A stretch of 64,000 bases of DNA. It comes from Spirochaetia bacterium (GTDB taxonomy: Bacteria; Spirochaetota; Spirochaetia; G963692905). The stretch's first letter is position 1. Each line of letters opens with the position of its first letter. The notes beneath the pieces are model-generated. The model saw only the letters and a program-made list of their open reading frames with translations, was not told the origin of the DNA and searched no databases. Shown here in pieces: positions 57,803 to 64,000 of the stretch. The position numbers were made by a program, and so were the translations under genes. The stretch spans positions 385,708 to 449,707 of the forward strand of contig CBDCPJ010000054.1 in NCBI GenBank assembly GCA_965220165.1, in the 5' to 3' direction.

Positions 57803-59665
57803 GTGGTGGCGACTCATAACAATAGCTACGATCGCAAAGCGAAAATACGAACAATTACTCGCATAATAGAGGAAGAGCCCCTATTTGATCGCGATGGTCT
57901 CGAACTGGCAAAATGGATGTCTCGTTCCTATTTTTGCAGCTTAGGCGAGAGCTTAAGCGCTATCGCGCCGAGATCGACGACCGCGAAAAAGGCGTCCGCG
58001 GACTCGGACGACGAAATAGCCCCCGACAATGAGCGCCATTCGGAATCCGGGTATATTCGGCGCTCCTCTATTTCGTCTCGGCTCACTTCCAGTCAAAGCG
58101 AGAGCCTGAAACATCTCAAAAACGCGCGGTCGGGACTGTTTTATCTCTACGGGAAACCGGGCTCGGGAAAAACAGAGGTATTTTTGCAATTTGCCCGCCA
58201 TATTTTGGGCGACAACCGCGGCGTTATCTATCTTGTGCCCGAAATCGCGCTGACCTACCCCGTCGCCGATATGTTCTCGGAGCGATTTAGCTTTCCATTC
58301 GCGGTATTGCATTCAGGACTCTCCCCGGCGCGTCGTCTTCGCGAATGGCGCCGAATCCAACAGGGAACCGCGCAAATCGTTATAGGAACAAGAAGCGCGA
58401 TATTTGCCCCGATACGCAATCTCGGCGCGATTATCATAGACGAAGAGCATGAAAGCGCCTACAAATCCGACCGAAAGCCCCGCTATCACGCCCGCCATAT
58501 CGCGCAGAAACGGCGCGCGAATCGCCCTATACCGATCCTCTTTGGCAGCGCCACTCCTTCGGTCGAAGCATGGAAGTTGATGCATAGCGGCGCGCTTCGT
58601 CGACTCGACCTCCATGGATATCCGGCGGGAGGCGCGGCCGCGTCGATTTCCATCGTAGATATGACGCGGGTAAAGAACGATCTGCTATCGCCGCAGTTGG
58701 CAAAAAGAATACGCGAGGTAAAAAATAGATCTCGTCAGTCGCTACTTTTGCTGAATAGAAGAGGATTTGCCAACTGCCTCAACTGCAAGTCGTGCGGATA
58801 TACCATGCAATGCGACAACTGCGCGGTCGCTATGACCTATCACAAATCGATCGACAGAATGATATGCCACTATTGCGATTACTCTACAATGCTGCCGGAA
58901 ATATGTCCGGAATGCTCTTCGCTCGATCTTCGCTATAGCTTCCCGGGCACCGAACAGCTTGATGAAGAGATAGCGATGCGGTTCCCTGACATCTCGTTTC
59001 GTCGACTCGACGCCGATATCGCCAGAAAGCGCGATGCGTCAAGCGAAACGTTGCGACTATTCCGCAATGGCGAGCTGGATCTTTTGATGGGAACGCAGAT
59101 GATAGCCAAGGGTCTCAATTTTCCCAAGCTACAGCTGGTGGGCGTAATCCAAGCGGACGCGGGGTTGCTGTTGCCGGATTTCCGAGCGCCGGAACGCCTA
59201 TTCGCGCTCCTTACTCAGGTAGCCGGACGCGCCGGACGTTTCTTTGCCGACGGCGAAGTGATCATTCAAACATATCGCCCAAAAAATAGCGCGATCGTTC
59301 ATGCGGCGACCGATAACGCCGAAGAATTTTACACTAAAGAGCTAGACGTCCGCAAAATGCTGTCGTTCCCCCCGTACACCCGCCTCATACGAATCGTCTT
59401 TCGAAGCGGCAACAACGATAGGGCGTACGAGACCGCGCGGCGTTTCGCAAAAGAAGTCAAACAATCAATTGAACGACACAGCAAATTAGCGGGTCCTGTT
59501 GAATGTCCTATAGGACTTATCGCCGGCAAACATAGATATCAAATATTGATTCGAACGCTCAAATTCGACGAAACGCATGCCATACTCTATCGCGCGGCGC
59601 GGCGATTTACTCTTCCGGCGTCGGTCTATCTTGAGGTCGACATCAACCCTATGTCGATGCTATAG
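57803..59665 (+). CDS. priA: Primosomal protein N' (PriA helicase)
   Basis: The ORF from GTG 57803 has Walker A GKPGSGKT, a DEEHE DEAH-box variant, a Cys-rich zinc-binding region and a C-terminal domain. Conserved PriA N-terminal residues (FADIAFNLPIDTLFTYAIP...) continue in-frame upstream to about 57668 with no ATG/GTG/TTG, so the true 5' end is unresolved. Confidence 0.8.
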   Translation: MVATHNNSYDRKAKIRTITRIIEEEPLFDRDGLELAKWMSRSYFCSLGESLSAIAPRSTTAKKASADSDDEIAPDNERHSESGYIRRSSISSRLTSSQSESLKHLKNARSGLFYLYGKPGSGKTEVFLQFARHILGDNRGVIYLVPEIALTYPVADMFSERFSFPFAVLHSGLSPARRLREWRRIQQGTAQIVIGTRSAIFAPIRNLGAIIIDEEHESAYKSDRKPRYHARHIAQKRRANRPIPILFGSATPSVEAWKLMHSGALRRLDLHGYPAGGAAASISIVDMTRVKNDLLSPQLAKRIREVKNRSRQSLLLLNRRGFANCLNCKSCGYTMQCDNCAVAMTYHKSIDRMICHYCDYSTMLPEICPECSSLDLRYSFPGTEQLDEEIAMRFPDISFRRLDADIARKRDASSETLRLFRNGELDLLMGTQMIAKGLNFPKLQLVGVIQADAGLLLPDFRAPERLFALLTQVAGRAGRFFADGEVIIQTYRPKNSAIVHAATDNAEEFYTKELDVRKMLSFPPYTRLIRIVFRSGNNDRAYETARRFAKEVKQSIERHSKLAGPVECPIGLIAGKHRYQILIRTLKFDETHAILYRAARRFTLPASVYLEVDINPMSML

Positions 59666-59753
59666 CCTACTTCATAGTCTTGTATGGCCGACGCGATTGA
59701 CATTGGACATATCGATTTCAATATGATAGCATTGCGCTCGAGGAGGGGAAATT

Positions 59754-60509
59754 ATGAAGGCCGCTATAAAATTATGTGTAGCGTCGCTCTTACTATCGGC
59801 TTGCGCGACGACACAAACGAGCGATCAAATCCAAGACGCGCTTGCGAGCAACGAGCCAAAAACATTGGAAGCGACTGAACAGGATGCCGCTCCATCGAAC
59901 ATATCGCCTGATACCGCTGTCTCCGAGCCTGCTTTCATCTCTAGCGCGCCATTAGGAACAGAATCGCCGCCAATCTCGGCGATTCGATTACTCTCGCCGA
60001 AGCCGCGAGTACGCCAACTCGGCACCCGCGAAACCCTCGCCGAAGCGTTCCCGACAGAACGTCTCTCCGCAAATGGATGGACTCATTCGCTATCGACCAC
60101 CATCGCGCGCCCGGCATCGCCAGAAATTATCGCGCCACTCGCCTCGCTGATCATAGCCGCGCCCAACTCGCCGACGATAGCGACGACAATACCGTCCGCT
60201 CCGACGACCGATCTATTCGAAACGACGATCGACGCCGCGCGAGGAGCCCAAGAAGCAGAAAACTTTGGCGAGATCTCTATCGAGTCTTCTTCAATGGAGC
60301 CCGCGACGATAGAGAATCCCTTTTTTTCGCGAAGCCCGATATTTCTCGCCGCCGCGCCATCCATCCCGCCAATAGATCAGCCCGCGATCGCATCAGACAT
60401 GATCGCAGACAGAACCGCCGCCGCTCCTGCCGCCGCTCCTGCCGCCTCCCGTCGACCCTTCCGTCGTGATCGACGGACTCCTGACGCCGCCTCCGAGCGC
60501 CGATATTGA
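59754..60509 (+). CDS. Hypothetical lipoprotein, N-terminal portion (probably one gene with 60466-61419)
   Basis: GAGGAGGGG RBS; signal peptide with lipobox LLSAC; low-complexity Ala/Pro/Ser-rich region. The frame degenerates into an Arg-rich tail after 60445. Confidence 0.5.
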   Translation: MKAAIKLCVASLLLSACATTQTSDQIQDALASNEPKTLEATEQDAAPSNISPDTAVSEPAFISSAPLGTESPPISAIRLLSPKPRVRQLGTRETLAEAFPTERLSANGWTHSLSTTIARPASPEIIAPLASLIIAAPNSPTIATTIPSAPTTDLFETTIDAARGAQEAENFGEISIESSSMEPATIENPFFSRSPIFLAAAPSIPPIDQPAIASDMIADRTAAAPAAAPAASRRPFRRDRRTPDAASERRY

Positions 60510-61419
60510 ACGAATTAACGAACGCGTCTTTCTCCCTATCGGCAATCAACAGGTAGATCCAGCGGGATTGGACGCAATCGACCAGCTGGCGGAAGAGAAC
60601 CAATTCGATCAATCGATAGAGCCCGACGCGACCCTTACCGCCGAGATAAAAGATGTCTTCGCCGTTAGCCTGGAGGGATTAAACTGGATTTTTCTCGGCT
60701 CCTCTTCCATATCCAATCGCCAGGTCGACCTCGTCTCCTCCGAATGCGACGATACAATATGCCGCTTTGAATTTCGCGCCAATGCAGAGGAAATCTATCA
60801 ATTGCAATTCCAGTCCCAGTCATTGACCGTCGGAACGACCAACGACTATATCGTTCTCGCGACAATCGTCGAAGAAGGGGCGCTGATCGCCTCAGCTGGA
60901 ACCCCCCTTGAAATAGGCAACGTCAGAAGCACTCAAATTGAACCTCTCAACCAATCGGCGTCGCAGACTACCCCGGCGCGAGAACAGGAAATGGCCGCCG
61001 AAAACAAGAGCGCCGAAATAAGCTCCGAAGCGGAGCTCATCGCGCTGGCAGATTCGGCGGCTATGGACAGAGATTTTGCCTCCGCCGCCTTTTATATCGA
61101 CGACATCGTCAATCGCCAACTCGTTCCAACCTATTCCACAATCATCGATACCGCCTCCTGGCATAGCCAACGCGAACAACCCCATCGAGCGTTCGAATAT
61201 CTCGACTATGCGAAAGACCAATATCCTCTTTCCGAGCATACCGACCAGCTATACTGGATGCTCGCCAATCTCCACGACATTCCCGGCGATCGCGTAGATT
61301 TAACTCAGGCCATCGATTTCTACAAAACCCTTATTGCCGAATATCCTCTAAGCGACTATTATCAAGATGCTCGCGAACGGGTAGAATATTTACAACGCAA
61401 CTATTTTGATATACGATAG
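60466..61419 (+). CDS. C-terminal portion of the same lipoprotein (Pro-rich linker plus TPR-like / YbgF-like C-terminus)
   Basis: The frame is open upstream to 60313 and there reads PPLLPPLLPPPVDP (a Pro-rich linker). The C-terminal helical region DFYKTLIAEYPLSDYYQDARERVEYLQ is TPR-like. Confidence 0.5.
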   Translation: MIDGLLTPPPSADIERINERVFLPIGNQQVDPAGLDAIDQLAEENQFDQSIEPDATLTAEIKDVFAVSLEGLNWIFLGSSSISNRQVDLVSSECDDTICRFEFRANAEEIYQLQFQSQSLTVGTTNDYIVLATIVEEGALIASAGTPLEIGNVRSTQIEPLNQSASQTTPAREQEMAAENKSAEISSEAELIALADSAAMDRDFASAAFYIDDIVNRQLVPTYSTIIDTASWHSQREQPHRAFEYLDYAKDQYPLSEHTDQLYWMLANLHDIPGDRVDLTQAIDFYKTLIAEYPLSDYYQDARERVEYLQRNYFDIR

Positions 61420-61454
61420 CGACATACCCTATGAAGACTAACAATATCGTCCCT

Positions 61455-61528
61455 GCTCCGGTAGCTCAGTTGGATAGAGCAACTGCCTCCTAAGCAGTAG
61501 GTCGCGCGTTCGAATCGCGCTCGGGGCA
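61455..61528 (+). tRNA. tRNA-Arg (anticodon CCU)
   Basis: Acceptor GCTCCGG/TCGGGGC (two G-U pairs), D-arm GCTCAGTTGGATAGAGC, anticodon stem ACTGC/GCAGT with loop CTCCTAA, T-arm GCGCGTTCGAATCGCGC, discriminator A. Confidence 0.88.
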
Positions 61529-61532
61529 TATT

Positions 61533-61946
61533 ATGCGATCACACCAATTTGAATGGGCGCTCTCCGCAAGTAGCGAAGGGTCGGTAATTTTCCATAGCGA
61601 TCGGCCATGGCTCTACCCTCTCCTTGACCTCGGCCAATTTTTGACCACATGGCGCGGAGACATCGCCGACATTCTCCTGCGCGACCGCATCATCGGGCGC
61701 GCCGCAGCGTTGCTTATCGCGAGACTGGGCATCTCTCGCCTCATCGCCTCTATTATGAGCGAATTGGCGATACCTGTCCTCGCCGACCATTCCATCCAAT
61801 GGCGCGCGGAATCAATTGTCTCGACCATCGCCTGCGCAACCGAGCGACATCTGGCAAACGAAAAAAACCCGCAGCGCGCCTACCGCGCAATCACGTCGAT
61901 CATATCCCGCGACAGCAAAACCGCGCCGCGCGATCGCGATGAATGA
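61533..61946 (+). CDS. Hypothetical protein (GC-rich, unknown function) upstream of bioY
   Basis: 137-aa ORF starting 5 nt after the tRNA; no recognisable motif. It could alternatively be a non-coding leader. Confidence 0.3.
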   Translation: MRSHQFEWALSASSEGSVIFHSDRPWLYPLLDLGQFLTTWRGDIADILLRDRIIGRAAALLIARLGISRLIASIMSELAIPVLADHSIQWRAESIVSTIACATERHLANEKNPQRAYRAITSIISRDSKTAPRDRDE

Positions 61947-62502
61947 CTCGCTGCGTCTATCGGCGCTGTCGGCGCTCTGTTGCTCGCTTATAATAGCGGG
62001 AAGCTACATCGCGCTCCCGATCGGCCCCGTGCCCATCGTTCTCGCCAATCTCTTCGTTATCATCTCAGGGCTTCTATTGGGCGCTCGATGGGCAGCGATA
62101 ACGGTCGCGCTCTATCTCTTGCTGGGAATCGCGGGATTGCCAGTATTTAGCGCGGGGAGGGGCGGGCTCGCCCATATCGCGGGACCTACGGGAGGCTACC
62201 TCATCGGCTATCTCCCGGCGGCATTTGTCGCGGGCCTTATCGCGCGCCGCCGCGCCTCGTTCGCCCTCAACCTCTCTGCCGCCGCCGCAGCAGCAGCAAT
62301 TATCTACCTCTTCGGAGTGGTATGGCTCAAAAGCGCGACCAACCTATCGTGGCCAGCCGCGATCTCTGCCGGACTACTCCCCTTCATCGTCGGCGACCTC
62401 CTCAAAATTGGCGCAGCCGCCATCGTCGCCACGCGAATGCGAACCATCGCCCCGTTTGCCACACTCCATGATAAGCCTCAAAACAATCAACCTCACCCAT
62501 AG
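61939..62502 (+). CDS. bioY: Biotin ECF transporter S component BioY
   Basis: Start MNDSLRLSALSALCC; 5-6 TM segments; GGYLIGYL and the Ala-run region typical of BioY. Confidence 0.8.
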   Translation: MNDSLRLSALSALCCSLIIAGSYIALPIGPVPIVLANLFVIISGLLLGARWAAITVALYLLLGIAGLPVFSAGRGGLAHIAGPTGGYLIGYLPAAFVAGLIARRRASFALNLSAAAAAAAIIYLFGVVWLKSATNLSWPAAISAGLLPFIVGDLLKIGAAAIVATRMRTIAPFATLHDKPQNNQPHP

Positions 62503-63193
62503 ATTTCCCGACGGATCGCTTGGGCTGAACGACATCTCGCTATCGTTCCATCGCGACTCCTTCGCGCTGCTGCTTGGCGACAACGGGGCGGGCAAAACCC
62601 TGCTCGCAAAACATCTCGTGGGCTTGGAATCGCCCACCGGCGGCTCGGTAGAGCTGGACGGCATCGACATTCGAAAAACGCGAGCGAAAATACCCACACG
62701 AATAGGCTATGTCTTTCAGCATTCAGAACATCAAATTATAGGACAAACCGTTCGCTCTGACATAGCATTTGGCCCTCGAAACCTCTCGCTTCCCGTCGAC
62801 GAACAGGCCCAAAGGGTCGACGACGCCCTAACCGCGATGAACCTCTCCCATCTCGCCGACCGCGACTCGCGCTCGCTATCAGGCGGCGAACAACGCAGGC
62901 TCGCCATCGCCGGAACTATCGCGATGGATTGTGAATTGATCATATTGGACGAACCATTCGCCAACCTCGACCGGCCAAGCAGAACAAAAACATTGCAATG
63001 CCTGGTCGCCCTATTCCGCTCCAAATGCGGACTTATCGTCTTAACCCATGACAGCGAGCACATCGAACCATACGCCAATCAACGCGTGACGCTCCAAAAG
63101 GGAACAGTGGCGGAGATCGCGACTCGCGATTCCTCCACAATGACGCGCTGGAAAATCGACACCCGCATCGACACCCGCAATGCGTCTATTTAA
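62468..63193 (+). CDS. ECF transporter ATPase component (BioM/EcfA)
   Basis: ATG at 62468 (MISLKTINL), 35-nt overlap with bioY. Walker A GDNGAGKT, signature LSGGEQRRL, Walker B LIILDEPF. Confidence 0.82.
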   Translation: MISLKTINLTHRFPDGSLGLNDISLSFHRDSFALLLGDNGAGKTLLAKHLVGLESPTGGSVELDGIDIRKTRAKIPTRIGYVFQHSEHQIIGQTVRSDIAFGPRNLSLPVDEQAQRVDDALTAMNLSHLADRDSRSLSGGEQRRLAIAGTIAMDCELIILDEPFANLDRPSRTKTLQCLVALFRSKCGLIVLTHDSEHIEPYANQRVTLQKGTVAEIATRDSSTMTRWKIDTRIDTRNASI

Positions 63194-63929
63194 TTGCCAC
63201 CAATGCGGCGGCTGGATTGGCAACGCCGACCCTCGCCACAAACTCCTCGCCATCCTGCTCTCTCAGGCATCGATACTCTATGCCAACTCATGGGCGCTTC
63301 TACTCATCGGCGCGCTCATAACCGCATTCTACAGCCTCCTCAAACTTAAACTTCCGCTCGTCATCGCAAGCATGCGCCCATTGCTCGGCATCATCGCGAT
63401 TACGATACTCTTGCGAATCGCCGGCGCCCTAACCGACTCGGGGACTATCGCCCACCCCTCCCCAAAATCGGCGCTTATCTCCGCAAGCCTTTGGGGATAC
63501 AGGCTCCTCATCATCGCGCTCTACGCCCACTGCTACATTGCCATAACACCGGTCGAAGCGATCGTCGACACATTGCGATGGCTCTTTCGCCCCTTAGGCA
63601 AGCGAACCGCCGAACGCGCGGCGCTGATATCTGGATTGGCGCTCACCTTCTATCCCCTGGTAGCCCGCGACCTCCGAACCATCTCCGCCGCCGTCTCGCT
63701 CCGAAGCGGCGGACGCTCCCGCTGGAAATGGCTACCCCTTATCGGTTACAACGGCATGGTAGCCATCGCCCACCGCGCGACTCGGCTCGGAGACGCGCTA
63801 TTTATGCGTTGCTACACAGACGACAGGGCGATAGCCCCATTTTGCCGCAGCCCCTTCGATTGGACGATAAGCCTCATTGGCATAGCGACTCTGGCCGCGT
63901 CGGTCATATCCAACCTCCCAAAAATATAA
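63180..63929 (+). CDS. ECF transporter transmembrane T component (BioN/EcfT, CbiQ family)
   Basis: 249 aa; N-terminal DPRHKLL motif (compare the EcfT LDPR.KL motif); multiple TM segments; 14-nt overlap with the ATPase gene. Confidence 0.7.
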   Translation: MRLFNCHQCGGWIGNADPRHKLLAILLSQASILYANSWALLLIGALITAFYSLLKLKLPLVIASMRPLLGIIAITILLRIAGALTDSGTIAHPSPKSALISASLWGYRLLIIALYAHCYIAITPVEAIVDTLRWLFRPLGKRTAERAALISGLALTFYPLVARDLRTISAAVSLRSGGRSRWKWLPLIGYNGMVAIAHRATRLGDALFMRCYTDDRAIAPFCRSPFDWTISLIGIATLAASVISNLPKI

Positions 63930-64000
63930 CGCCATGCATGGGGGGGGGAAATTGCTCAAAATCGGAGCGCCGATCAAATACGTCGAACGCCCATCACCCG

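Noticed and set aside
61455-61946. Integrated mobile element or genomic island at the tRNA-Arg(CCU) 3' end
   Set aside because: No integrase, recombinase or direct repeat of the tRNA 3' end is found downstream. The following genes are a housekeeping biotin transporter.

Overview
This is a bacterial chromosomal segment; the taxon cannot be determined from the sequence alone. Per-gene GC varies widely (about 40% in the ABC permeases, about 65% in hisD), and intergenic regions are AT-rich. The window is mostly co-linear housekeeping genes.

Genes by region:
- 1-10.7 kb: FGE-sulfatase-domain protein, smpB, inositol monophosphatase, tRNA-Arg(CCG), HtrA/DegP protease, SDR oxidoreductase, ComF, dihydrolipoyl dehydrogenase, AI-2E transporter, trpS.
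- 10.7-21.2 kb: a minus-strand sugar ABC uptake operon (substrate-binding protein plus two permeases, no ATPase), dnaE, a DUF418 membrane protein and tag.
- 21.3-25.7 kb: a four-gene ABC module (ATPase / ABC-2 permease / GldG-like auxiliary / DUF4340).
- 26.0-28.9 kb: an operon of a CheY-like response regulator, a small TPR-like ORF, a bactofilin and cinA.
- 28.8-38.5 kb: a GT2 glycosyltransferase, a block of three large secreted or lipoprotein hypothetical proteins, and a class A PBP (PBP1A) with a C-terminal tandem-repeat tail.
- 38.7-49 kb: argS, a stand-alone TrpB2-type tryptophan synthase beta, thiamine pyrophosphokinase, and a minus-strand operon (aldo/keto reductase, M15 peptidase, DUF1015, RdgB, FAD oxidoreductase).
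- 49.3-59.7 kb: hisD, folC, a tiny basic bS22-like ORF, folP, cdaA-cdaR, acpS, DUF2225, truA, a family-4 UDG and priA.
- 59.7-64 kb: a lipoprotein that looks split by a frameshift, tRNA-Arg(CCU), and a BioY-EcfA-EcfT biotin ECF transporter.

No CRISPR array, transposase, integrase or prophage genes are seen.

Most notable observations:
- A previously uncharacterised dispersed intergenic repeat family is present in three copies. It is bounded by G6/C6 runs with internal GCGCTAT / ATAGCGC complementarity; one copy ends in a C11 homopolymer about 95 bp upstream of the response-regulator gene.
- The PBP1A tail consists of about 10 tandem 39-bp repeats encoding ADGLGVVDYGDS units plus a GCGCTT/GCGTTT microsatellite.
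- The conserved PriA N-terminus has no canonical start codon.
- An unannotated 31-aa bS22-like ORF sits between folC and folP.
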